Source: Candidatus Binatia bacterium
GTDB taxonomy: Bacteria; Desulfobacterota; Binatia; HRBIN30
Assembly: GCA_023150935.1 (NCBI GenBank)
Contig: JAKLJW010000008.1
Span: 1,721-65,720 of the forward strand
Direction of reading: 5' to 3'
Length of the DNA stretch: 64,000 bases
The position numbers and the translations under genes were made by a program. A model generated the notes under the pieces. It was not told where the DNA came from, searched no databases, and was given only the letters and a program-made list of their open reading frames with translations. Shown here one piece after another: positions 8,552-16,851 of the stretch. Position 1 is the first letter of the stretch, and every line of letters starts with the position of its first letter.

Positions 8552-9502
8552 TCAACAGCCCGTCGCACGATCGAGGAGCGGCACCGCCGCGTTCGCTACC
8601 AGAACCGCCAACGCCGCACCGTCGGGGTAAGGAGTGTAGTAGCGCACCGCCATCGTATAGACCGCCGCGAGCACCGCGAAGATCACCCGCCCCCGGGCCG
8701 AGAACGGCGCGGTCACCGGATCGGTGAGCATGAAGAAGGCCGCCAGCAAAGCGCCGCCGGATAGCAACTGCGCCAACGCATCCCCCGCCAGCCACGGGGC
8801 GTGCCCTGCCATTCTCGCGCCCGGCGGAAGAACCAATGCCAGCAACGCCACCCCGGCCAGATACGTCAACGGCACACGCCAATCGACGGTCCGCATCAGG
8901 ATCAAGCATAACCCGCCGCCGAGCACCGCCAGCGGCGCCGCCTCGGCAAGCGCGCCCGGGTGAAGCCCGAACAACAACTCCCTCACCCCCGGTGCCACCG
9001 CACCGATCTCCTTCGCCAACGGCGTCGCCGCACTCACCCCGTCGACACCCGACCACGCCGGCGCAAGGAGCCGCGCCGGAACGATGCCCATGAGAACCAC
9101 CCGCCCCACCGCCGCCGGGTTGAACACGTTGTTGCCGAGACCGCCGAACAGGTGCTTGCCGACGAGAATCGCCGCCGCCGCACCCACCGGCCCAAGCCAG
9201 ATCGGCCCACTTGCCGGCATCGACAGCGCCGTAACAATCCCCGCAACCACGGCACTGCCGTCGAACGCTCGCCGCGCATCGCACGCCAGGTCGAATACCC
9301 ACGCCACCACCACGGCCAGACCGAGCGGCACGGCCGCCGCCGTTCCGTATCGCCAGATCGCCACCACACAAATCGGCAATAGCGCCAGCACCACTTCGAA
9401 CATCAGCCGCCGCAGAGTCCGCCCGCTATGGAGGAACGGACCCGTCACCTCGCCGGCCGCGGCGGTCGGTTTCATCCATGCCGGCGGTCGCGCATCGGTC
9501 AT
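8552..9502 (-). CDS. rnfD: RnfD/NqrB-family membrane subunit
   Basis: ATG at 9502 overlaps the upstream stop (ATGA). ...GKHLFGGLGNNVFNPAAVGRVVL..., flavinylation-type motif VDGVSAATPLAKE, and FFMLTDPVTAP are typical of the NQR2_RnfD_RnfE family. Confidence 0.85.
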   Translation of the reverse strand: MTDARPPAWMKPTAAAGEVTGPFLHSGRTLRRLMFEVVLALLPICVVAIWRYGTAAAVPLGLAVVVAWVFDLACDARRAFDGSAVVAGIVTALSMPASGPIWLGPVGAAAAILVGKHLFGGLGNNVFNPAAVGRVVLMGIVPARLLAPAWSGVDGVSAATPLAKEIGAVAPGVRELLFGLHPGALAEAAPLAVLGGGLCLILMRTVDWRVPLTYLAGVALLALVLPPGARMAGHAPWLAGDALAQLLSGGALLAAFFMLTDPVTAPFSARGRVIFAVLAAVYTMAVRYYTPYPDGAALAVLVANAAVPLLDRATGC

Positions 9503-9906
9503 CGGAACACGTACGCCAGCGGCTGAAGCGCAAAGTACACGATCGCACACGCCGCCAGACCCATCGGCACGCCCTGTAACCGCACCGCCACTTCGTCACC
9601 GAACTGCAACCGCTCGACAATCGCATCGACCAGAGCCGTCGCCGCCACCCACAGCGCCATGGCTCGCAGCACTTCCCCGACACCTTCGTACTCCGGCACG
9701 GCAAGCACCAGAGCCACGGGCGCAACCCGGGGCGCCGCCAGCACGATCAGGCCCGCCGCCAGCGGGAATCCCAACCCGGCCGGCCACGGCCCAATGGCAC
9801 CCGCCCAGGCAATCGCCGGCGCCAGCACCGCCACCCAGCGACCCGGCCCCGGCCCGATCGACACGGCAACCGCGACGGCCAGGAAGACCAGGTCATACGC
9901 GGTCAC
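9499..9906 (-). CDS. Small polytopic membrane protein, unassigned (occupies an RnfE/A position)
   Basis: GTG at 9906 is preceded by GGGAGA. About 135 aa, Ala/Gly/Val/Leu-rich with about 4 hydrophobic spans. No RnfA/E signature seen. The stop overlaps the rnfD ATG. Confidence 0.5.
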   Translation of the reverse strand: MTAYDLVFLAVAVAVSIGPGPGRWVAVLAPAIAWAGAIGPWPAGLGFPLAAGLIVLAAPRVAPVALVLAVPEYEGVGEVLRAMALWVAATALVDAIVERLQFGDEVAVRLQGVPMGLAACAIVYFALQPLAYVFR

Positions 9907-10315
9907 GAGGTCTCCCGAGCGCAACGATCGCCACCGCGCACCCCAGCAGCAGCACGCCCGCCGTGCGGAATTGCAGCGGCACAAACAGCGCGACTGGCGG
10001 CCCGGCGACGGCCGCTACCAGTAGATTAGGCCACCGTCCCGCCAGTAGACCCGCCGCAACGATCGCCATCGCATTCACCCCCGGAACCACCGCCGCAGAC
10101 GCCCACGCCACGGCAATCCAGCGCAGAGGCGAGGCGTTCGCAACCGCTGCGCCAACGACCAGCGCCGCCGACCAGGCCAGCGCTCCCGACCACGACAGAT
10201 CGGCCACCGCCGGCAACAACGCAGCGACGACCCCGGCGCCTATCCACGCCTCCGACACCGGCACCGCCAACGCGCCAGCCGACTCGCCCGAGTTCACGGA
10301 GTCACCGCCTTCCAT
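9893..10315 (-). CDS. Small polytopic membrane protein, unassigned (occupies an RnfE/A position)
   Basis: ATG at 10315 overlaps the end of the upstream gene by 22 nt. 140 aa, Ala/Gly/Val-rich with about 4 hydrophobic spans. No motif recognised. Coding status rests on operon context and frame continuity. Confidence 0.45.
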   Translation of the reverse strand: MEGGDSVNSGESAGALAVPVSEAWIGAGVVAALLPAVADLSWSGALAWSAALVVGAAVANASPLRWIAVAWASAAVVPGVNAMAIVAAGLLAGRWPNLLVAAVAGPPVALFVPLQFRTAGVLLLGCAVAIVALGRPRDRV

Positions 10316-10776
10316 GCCTGCAGCCGTTCGTTGACGGCATCCACGACGCGCTGAGAGGACACCGTCGCACCGGTCACCGTGTGTACCACGAGAGGCGGCG
10401 TTGCCGCCCGGCCGCGGAACCGCTCGAGGAAGTCGCTCCGAAGCAGCGCGGTCCGATCGACTCCTTCGTGCCCGCGCACGAGCAGGACTTGCTCGATACC
10501 CCCTTCATCGACGACCACCGCGCCGCGCACGGGACCCTGCACACCGACGACATCGAAGAACAGCACCGCCGCCGAGCCGGCCCGGAACGCCGGCGGCCCG
10601 GACACGGCGACCGGCTCGACCGGACCGATCAGCGACTCCGCCAGTCGACGCGCAGCGTCGGGTCGCGGCAACGCCACGTTGAGTCCCAGTGCGCACGCCA
10701 GGAGCACGGCCCCCAGCCGATCCGCTCGCCCCACACCGGCCATGACCGCGGTCCGGACGCGGCTCGCCACAGTCAT
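10294..10776 (-). CDS. FMN_bind-domain protein (RnfG/NqrC-like), membrane-anchored
   Basis: ATG at 10776 overlaps the rnfC stop (ATGA). N-terminal anchor LGAVLLACALGL. C-terminal ...VVHTVTGATVSSQRVVDAVNERL carries the [ST]GAT[IV][ST] covalent-FMN motif of RnfG/NqrC. Confidence 0.75.
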   Translation of the reverse strand: MTVASRVRTAVMAGVGRADRLGAVLLACALGLNVALPRPDAARRLAESLIGPVEPVAVSGPPAFRAGSAAVLFFDVVGVQGPVRGAVVVDEGGIEQVLLVRGHEGVDRTALLRSDFLERFRGRAATPPLVVHTVTGATVSSQRVVDAVNERLQAWKAVTP

Positions 10777-11900
10777 GCACAACCCCCGGCCACGCGCGCG
10801 ACGAAATCGCGCTTCAGCACCCGCATGCGCGCCACCAGACGCCGCTCGGAAGGACAGACGAATTCGCACAGACCGCACTCGACACAATCGAGCACGGCCG
10901 CGGTCGGCCGCCGGATCAACCGGCTAACCGGCAGCTCGAACGGACAAGCCGCAAGGCACCGCCCGCACCTCACGCAACGCTCGTCCCGCCGTCCACTCAC
11001 CTCGTCGTGCGTCAGCGCCAGCACGGCAATCGTGCCGGCGGCGATCGGCGTCTCCGGCGCCGCGGCGTATCCCATCATCGGCCCACCGCAGATAACCGCC
11101 GCGACCCGCTCCATGTCGACCTCACAGCTCGCCAGTACGTGTCCGACCTCGGTGCCGATCGGAACGACGTAGTTGCCCGGCCGGCCGACGGCGCCCCCGT
11201 CCACGGTGATCACACGATCGACCAGGGGACGGCGTTCGTTGACCGCACGGTGGATCGCCCGGATCGTCTGCACGTTCAGCACCACGGCCCCGACCGCAGG
11301 CGGACGACCGCCCCGCGGCACCTCGCGCGCAAGCGTTCGACGAACGAGCATGCGCTCGTCGCCTCCCGGGTAGCCGCGATCGTCATCCACCACCAGCGCG
11401 CGCGCGGCGCCGACCGCCGCAACCGCCAACCCGGCCCCCGCCTCGATCTCCGCGCCATGCTCGGCAAGCACCCGGCTGTCGCAGGTCACGTACGGTTCGC
11501 TTTGCAGCGCGTTGACGACCACCGTATCGAGGCCCGGCCGCGAGGCGACGCGCGAGAGCTTGAGGTAAGTGGGAAACATCGCCCCGCCCATGCCCACCAC
11601 TCCGGCATCGCGCACGGCGTCGACGACATCCGCACCACGGGCAAGCGGCCGCACGACGTCCGGCTCGCCCGCAACCGCGATCTCGCCGCCGACGCCGACC
11701 ACGGTCCCGGATAGCGGCGAATGGACGCGCAACTGCCATGCGGCGCCTTGCGCCGATCGCGCCAGCAGGTCGCCGGCGCGGACGCGGTCGCCCGACTGCA
11801 CGACGCAGTGCAGGTCTCGCACCGGCAGGCGAACCAGCGGCGGCGCCACCAGCGGCGCGATGCGCGAGTCCGCCGTGCGCTTGCGAGCAGGTATTCTCAC
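10773..11900 (-). CDS. rnfC: RnfC-like subunit (NAD(H)/FMN-binding fold plus 2x[4Fe-4S])
   Basis: GTG at 11900 overlaps the cytochrome stop (GTGA). VVGMGGAMFPTYLKL, SEPYVTCD, and two ferredoxin motifs (CVRCGRCLAACP and CVECGLCEFVCP). The track start (12215) is an over-extension into the upstream gene. Confidence 0.85.
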   Translation of the reverse strand: MRIPARKRTADSRIAPLVAPPLVRLPVRDLHCVVQSGDRVRAGDLLARSAQGAAWQLRVHSPLSGTVVGVGGEIAVAGEPDVVRPLARGADVVDAVRDAGVVGMGGAMFPTYLKLSRVASRPGLDTVVVNALQSEPYVTCDSRVLAEHGAEIEAGAGLAVAAVGAARALVVDDDRGYPGGDERMLVRRTLAREVPRGGRPPAVGAVVLNVQTIRAIHRAVNERRPLVDRVITVDGGAVGRPGNYVVPIGTEVGHVLASCEVDMERVAAVICGGPMMGYAAAPETPIAAGTIAVLALTHDEVSGRRDERCVRCGRCLAACPFELPVSRLIRRPTAAVLDCVECGLCEFVCPSERRLVARMRVLKRDFVARVAGGCA

Positions 11901-12469
11901 GGTGCCCACTCCTCGATGCGATGGCACTCGGCACATTGCGCGGCGAAGTATTCCGCGTGGCATTCGAGGCACCCCGCGCCCCGTTCGAGCCCGGCGCTCG
12001 CATGTTCCTGTCGCGCACGCCGGTCCCGTCCCGGATCGCGTACCGATTCGGTATGCCACGGCGGCACCTGCCTGACGTGGCAGTCGCGGCACTGCTCGGT
12101 CCGATGGCAGCCAAGGCACTGAGGGCGATCGGCTACCGCCGCGGCGCCGTGGGTCAGCGTCACGAACGCCGCGTCGTGCGTGGCCTGCACGCGGCCCCGG
12201 TGGCACTCGGCGCAACCCTGCGACGCCTCGCCACCGCGCGGGACGGGATCGCGACGAACTGCATTGACGCCCGCCCAGGCAAACGCCGCGACCAGCACAA
12301 CGCCGGCCAGTCCCGTCGCCGCCACGGGTCCGAGCATGCCCCTACCGGCTCGCCCGAGAACGGCGGCCGAGCCCGGAGCAGGAAGCCTCGCGCGGAGACG
12401 ACGCGCGTTCGTTTCGAAGTCCGTGCCCATGCCCGGGTACCGTGTTCCCCGATCGGAGCGGTTTTTCAA
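11897..12469 (-). CDS. Membrane-anchored multihaem c-type cytochrome (5 x CXXCH)
   Basis: Hydrophobic anchor GPVAATGLAGVVLVAAFAWAG, followed by CAECH, CLGCH, CRDCH, CLECH and CAECH within about 110 aa. The size and anchor resemble the NrfH/NapC class, but with five sites. The start is uncertain (12469, or an internal ATG). Confidence 0.8.
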   Translation of the reverse strand: MKNRSDRGTRYPGMGTDFETNARRLRARLPAPGSAAVLGRAGRGMLGPVAATGLAGVVLVAAFAWAGVNAVRRDPVPRGGEASQGCAECHRGRVQATHDAAFVTLTHGAAAVADRPQCLGCHRTEQCRDCHVRQVPPWHTESVRDPGRDRRARQEHASAGLERGAGCLECHAEYFAAQCAECHRIEEWAP

Positions 12470-12559
12470 CCCGCCCGCAGCCCGAAGCGATCCGCGCCGT
12501 CGCCCCCGCGGGTCCGCCGAGCGACTCCTCGCCGGGCGGCATATCGACGCCCGCGGCGG

Positions 12560-15500
12560 CTAGCGCGGAACGCCGAGATCGATCCAGCGTACAACGGCCG
12601 CCAGCTCCTGCTCCGAAAGAGGATGCGCCGACGGATGCGGCCGGTCCCCTGCGATCGCGCCCGGTGCGTGCAACTCCCGACCCAGCAACTTCTCCGTCAG
12701 AGCGCTCTCGATCGCCAGTCCCTCGCCCGCCGTGTATCGGCGCAACGCCTCGTACGCCTCCGTGCCGGTCAGGTTCACCCCCGCCGCAGGGTCTTTGCCC
12801 GCGTGGCAGCTCGCACAACGCGCCTCGACGATCGGCCGCACATCGGTGTCGAAACTCGCCTCGCGCAACTCCACGGGTCCGTCGCCCGACCAGTTCGCAG
12901 GCATACGGCCCGTACCGCTTTCCTGGCTCCAGTTCGCCAGCGTCCGCGACGCCGAAGTCATCGCGTCGGGCCGGCGCAGGGTATCGGCCGGCCTCCCCGT
13001 CAGTCCGCCGTGACAGCCCCCACAGGTCTGCGCGAAGAGACGCCGCGGAATCGACAGGGTGTGCAGCTCGCCCGGCTGCGCGTACAGCCAGCGGTTCGGC
13101 GAACGCAACGCCATGCCCCGGCCGTTCAGCGACTGGAGGTCGAAAGCGAGCCCCGACGGCACCGCGGCGTAGAACGAACCGTCGGGTTCGAGCGGCAGCT
13201 CCGCGATAGTGACGCGCCTGTCGTCGCGCCATCCCACCAGTCTGACCCCCTGCACCTGATCGACGTCGGGCGTTTCCGTACCGCAGATCGGGCAGCTCGC
13301 CGTCGCGATGTGACGAGGCCCCACCGGCACGATCTGCTCGAAGAACGCATCGAGCAGCGGCAGGTCGGCCACGTGCAAGACGGCCGGCGTTCCTTCCGGA
13401 TAGCCGGCAAAGCCGCGCACGACCGCCGGCGCCCCGAACAGTCTCTCCTGCCGCAGCAACGACTTGCCCACCGGCTCCTTAAGACGGGCAACGACCGGGC
13501 GCGGCCACAGCTCGGAGTCGGGACCCCCGATCGTCGGCTCGCGCCGGAAAGCGCCGGGGGCGAACCCGTCCGGGGTCTGCCACGCCGGCGCCGGTACAAG
13601 TCGAAAGATGTCGAAGTCGGGATCGGCCCCCGCATCGGTCAGATCCAATGGCCCCTGCGCCCATGCAACAACGACGCTCCCGTCGGGCATCGGGAAAGGA
13701 TCGCGGTACGCACCGCCGGCCGACACACCGCGGGCCGCAGCCGTTGCATCGAGCGCCAACCACCCCGGCACGAAGCGCGGCAGCGACGTCACCGGCGTGC
13801 CGGTCGCATACGGATGATCGAGATTGTCGGTGGGGTTGTCGGCCTCGATCGTCGGGCCGAACTGGTGATCGGAAAGAATCAGACTGCCGCCCCACCACGA
13901 ATCGGCGTCACGGCCGATGCGGACCTCGAGGCCGTTCGGCAACTCGCGGTCGTCGGCGAAGATCGGCACTCCCGAACGGTTGCCGTTGTGGGTGTGGAAG
14001 TTCGAGCCGTCGACGTGGGTGCGGAACAACGCGCCGTTGAAGAACGGCCGGCCGTCCTGTTCTCCGGTACGCAGCGACGTGAACACGATCTCGCCCGACG
14101 ATCTCATCGTCGGACGCCTGACCTGACTCGGCGAGTAGGTCATACGCCGCAGCGTCGACCGCAACGTCTCCCGTTCCTGCCCCGGCGCCGCCAGTCGCAT
14201 ACGATAAGCGTCGAAACACGGCGCCAAGCGCGGCGTGCCTTCGATCACGTAGTGCGTCGTCGAGTCGATCGCGCGCGGCAGGGGCGCGTCGAGCAGCAGC
14301 TTCCCGGTTTCGTGACGCCGGACACGCCGCAGCGCTCCGGCGTTGCTGCCGCGAACGAAACGCACGGTACGACCGTCGTAGGCGCCCGCTCGCTCGGTGA
14401 GCTGGTCGTCGAGCAGCGCCGTCGAGCTGCCACCCTCGGCCTCGCCGAGGCGGCCGGCCGGACTCGACCGGCAAGCGCCCGCGTCGAGATTGGAGACGAA
14501 CACCAGCGCCGCGCGCGACAGGTCGTCGCCGTCACGGTCGTCCGGGTCCGGCACGTACAACGGATCGAGGAAGTGTACCGCCGGATCGGTCGAGAACGTC
14601 AATTGCCGCGCGGCACCGGTCGCGAGTTCGATCTCCCACAAGTCGAACGGTTCCTCCGCCGACCGGCGCATCGCAAAGACCACGCGGCGGGCGTCATAGC
14701 TCACCGCGGGCGCGCGCACGTCGGCCGCGGTGCCCTTGTGCAGGCCGGCCGTGAGGTTGACCTCCTCGCCGTCGCTGCGCCGCCAGTAGAGATCGCCCCC
14801 CGGCAGAAAGGTCAGGTCCTCGAAGAACCGTTCGGGGGAGTGACGTGGCCGGCGCACGAACACGAAGCCCCGCACCTCGCCGAGGGCGGCCGCCGTCCGC
14901 CGGCGGGCATCCTCGGCTTCGAGCCGCAGCCATTCGACCAGTAACCGGTAATCGGGATCGTCCTTGCGGAAAAAGTCGTTCCCGCCCTTGTGCACGATGC
15001 CGCCCTGCTCGACCGGGATGTTCTTGAGCAGTTGCTTCGACTGCTCGACGTCGCCGTCGAGCGCGACGAGCCGGGTGACCTTGCCGAGCATCGCCTGCCG
15101 GTTCGCACGGTGCATCGCGCCGGAAAACCGCGCCGGCAGGGCCGGCATACCGGCATCCAGCTTGAGGTCGTTGAAGGCCAGCTCGCCGTGGCAGTTGGCG
15201 CCCAGGCAGGTCTTGCGCACGAGGATCGGCGCGACCCGGCCGGCGAAGAACTCCTCGGTGGCACTCGGCGGGGACGGTGCGGACTGACGGGTGCGCGCCT
15301 CGACCTCGAGCCAGGCAACCAGTTCCGCGTAATCCGGGTCGTCGGGCGAGGCGAACACCTCCGGATGCCGCCAGTACCCGGAGTAGGCGGTCGCCAGCGG
15401 GGCGCGGGCAAGGAGACTTGCGGCCGGCGTTCCCGGATCGATCGGGCGCAGCGTGCGCGTCTGAGTCTCCCGGATCCGGGTACACCGATCGTAAGCGGCA

Positions 15501-15808
15501 CGCCGCTGGTCGGCCGAACCGATCCGACCTCGGTCGTCGGTGGGCCATTGCAGCAGCGCCGGCGCAGCGGCCTCCTCCTCCATCGCCCGGTAGCGCGCTT
15601 CGCGGACACCGTGACAGCCGCCGCAGCGCCGATCGAGGACGGGCACGACGCGCTCGCCGAACCGCGCCTCGGAATCCTCTTCAGCGACCGGCGGGGCATA
15701 GACCCACGGCAACCAGACCGAGCCTCCGGCGGCCGCGATCACAGCGCCGATTCCCAGTAAGGCGAGGGCCACGCCGCGCCGGCGTCTATGCGGTCGGGGC
15801 TCGATCAT
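12560..15808 (-). CDS. Large (about 1083 aa) exported haem-motif / PD40-like beta-propeller protein
   Basis: ATG at 15808 overlaps the apbE stop (ATGA). N-terminal anchor GVALALLGIGAVIAAAG. CGGCHG, CGGCHGG and CASCHAG lie in F..V.P[IV]L...C..CH contexts typical of Planctomycete-type cytochrome c domains. There is one CLGANCH (CX4CH). The segment DLYWRRSDGEEVNLT...VVFAMRR...DLWEIELATG looks PD40/TolB-like. Track residues 1-229 overlap apbE and were rejected. Confidence 0.75.
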   Translation of the reverse strand: MIEPRPHRRRRGVALALLGIGAVIAAAGGSVWLPWVYAPPVAEEDSEARFGERVVPVLDRRCGGCHGVREARYRAMEEEAAAPALLQWPTDDRGRIGSADQRRAAYDRCTRIRETQTRTLRPIDPGTPAASLLARAPLATAYSGYWRHPEVFASPDDPDYAELVAWLEVEARTRQSAPSPPSATEEFFAGRVAPILVRKTCLGANCHGELAFNDLKLDAGMPALPARFSGAMHRANRQAMLGKVTRLVALDGDVEQSKQLLKNIPVEQGGIVHKGGNDFFRKDDPDYRLLVEWLRLEAEDARRRTAAALGEVRGFVFVRRPRHSPERFFEDLTFLPGGDLYWRRSDGEEVNLTAGLHKGTAADVRAPAVSYDARRVVFAMRRSAEEPFDLWEIELATGAARQLTFSTDPAVHFLDPLYVPDPDDRDGDDLSRAALVFVSNLDAGACRSSPAGRLGEAEGGSSTALLDDQLTERAGAYDGRTVRFVRGSNAGALRRVRRHETGKLLLDAPLPRAIDSTTHYVIEGTPRLAPCFDAYRMRLAAPGQERETLRSTLRRMTYSPSQVRRPTMRSSGEIVFTSLRTGEQDGRPFFNGALFRTHVDGSNFHTHNGNRSGVPIFADDRELPNGLEVRIGRDADSWWGGSLILSDHQFGPTIEADNPTDNLDHPYATGTPVTSLPRFVPGWLALDATAAARGVSAGGAYRDPFPMPDGSVVVAWAQGPLDLTDAGADPDFDIFRLVPAPAWQTPDGFAPGAFRREPTIGGPDSELWPRPVVARLKEPVGKSLLRQERLFGAPAVVRGFAGYPEGTPAVLHVADLPLLDAFFEQIVPVGPRHIATASCPICGTETPDVDQVQGVRLVGWRDDRRVTIAELPLEPDGSFYAAVPSGLAFDLQSLNGRGMALRSPNRWLYAQPGELHTLSIPRRLFAQTCGGCHGGLTGRPADTLRRPDAMTSASRTLANWSQESGTGRMPANWSGDGPVELREASFDTDVRPIVEARCASCHAGKDPAAGVNLTGTEAYEALRRYTAGEGLAIESALTEKLLGRELHAPGAIAGDRPHPSAHPLSEQELAAVVRWIDLGVPR

Positions 15809-16851
15809 CGCAGCCATTGCAAGCGGTCGCCTTCGAGACGCAGGCCCCGCGACAGATGTACTCGGCCATCGCGATCGACGGCGAGAGCCTCGACGTCCGG
15901 CAGTGCGTCGGCCAGCGCAATCCCCCGTTCCCAGCCGAGCACGGCGATCGCGGTAGCCAGCGCGTCGGCGGCGGTGCCGTTGCCGGCGATCGCGGTCGCA
16001 CCGGTCACTTCGCGTGCCGGCCAGCCGGTGCGCAGGTCGACGATATGCTGATAGCGCGTGCCATCGACGGCGAAGAACCGTTCGTAGTCGCCGGAAGTGG
16101 CGATCGCGCAGTCGGTGGCCGGGAGCGTTGCGAGCAGGGTGTCGCGGCGCGGATCGCGCACCCCGACGATCCACGGGGCACCGTCCCGAGAGCCGCCGAC
16201 GACGACGTCGCCACCCGCATCGACGATGAAATTCGGGAAGCCGATCTGCCGCAGCCGCGCGGCCATGCGGTCGGCGGCGAAGCCCTTGCCGATGGCGCCG
16301 AAGCCGAGCTTCATGCCCGCACGGGCAAGGCCGATGCGGGCGCCTTCCTGCCGAATGCCCCGGTAGCCGACCAGTGCCTGGCGTGCGGCGATTTCCGCGC
16401 CGGCCGGCAGCCTTCGGGTCAGCCGCGCCCGCTCCCACAACTCGAAGAGCGGTCCCCCGGTGACGTCGAAGGCGCCGTCGCTGCGGCGCGCCCATTCAAT
16501 CGATCGCTCTACCAGCTCCTGCAGTTCGGGTCCGACGGCCACCGTCGCGGCCCCGGCCGCGGCATTGATCGCCGACGTCTCGCTGCCCGGCTGCCACTCG
16601 CTGATGCGCGCCTCGATCGCGGCGGCCAGGTCGAGCGCCTCGTTGGCGGCCGCGGCCGCGCGCGGCTGAGCGCCCGCTTCCGCCCACACCGACACCTCCA
16701 CCAGCGTACCCATCATGGGCCGCGCCACCCGGACGATCGCTCCGGCCGAACCGGGCCGGCCGCGCCGCTCGGCAACGCCGAGCGCGACCAGCACGGCAAC
16801 GCCCACCGCGACCGCCGCTATTCGATAGATAGGACGTACCGTGTCAGGCAT
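15805..16851 (-). CDS. apbE: FAD:protein FMN transferase (ApbE family)
   Basis: ATG at 16851. MMGTLVEV..., SEWQPGSETSAINAAAG, FDVTGGPLFELW, KLGFGAIGKGFAADRMA, IATSGDYERFF and HIVDLRTGWP form the ApbE pattern. Confidence 0.9.
   Translation of the reverse strand: MPDTVRPIYRIAAVAVGVAVLVALGVAERRGRPGSAGAIVRVARPMMGTLVEVSVWAEAGAQPRAAAAANEALDLAAAIEARISEWQPGSETSAINAAAGAATVAVGPELQELVERSIEWARRSDGAFDVTGGPLFELWERARLTRRLPAGAEIAARQALVGYRGIRQEGARIGLARAGMKLGFGAIGKGFAADRMAARLRQIGFPNFIVDAGGDVVVGGSRDGAPWIVGVRDPRRDTLLATLPATDCAIATSGDYERFFAVDGTRYQHIVDLRTGWPAREVTGATAIAGNGTAADALATAIAVLGWERGIALADALPDVEALAVDRDGRVHLSRGLRLEGDRLQWLR

Noticed and set aside
8251-8727. ORFs beginning MAGSHRGRHRYRNRYR (here and at 20042..20749) as a possible conserved small-protein family
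   Set aside because: The shared N-termini are simply translations of the palindromic ATCGGN hexamer repeat. Downstream sequences are unrelated and overlap real genes, so this is a DNA-level repeat, not a peptide.
8214-9371. 385-aa minus-strand ORF
   Set aside because: It is an alternative frame of rnfD and the left repeat region. Its composition is Gly/Arg/Ala-rich, and the RnfD frame carries the family motifs.
11738-14944. 1068-aa plus-strand ORF
   Set aside because: It is antisense to the multihaem cytochrome and the 1083-aa haem/propeller gene. It is extremely Arg-rich with no motifs, a typical high-GC shadow ORF.
15809-16495. N-terminal 229 residues of track ORF 12560..16495 (which would give a 1311-aa protein)
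   Set aside because: This part overlaps the ApbE gene out of frame and is Arg-rich nonsense. An ATG at 15808 forms an ATGA overlap with the apbE stop and is followed immediately by a signal-anchor.
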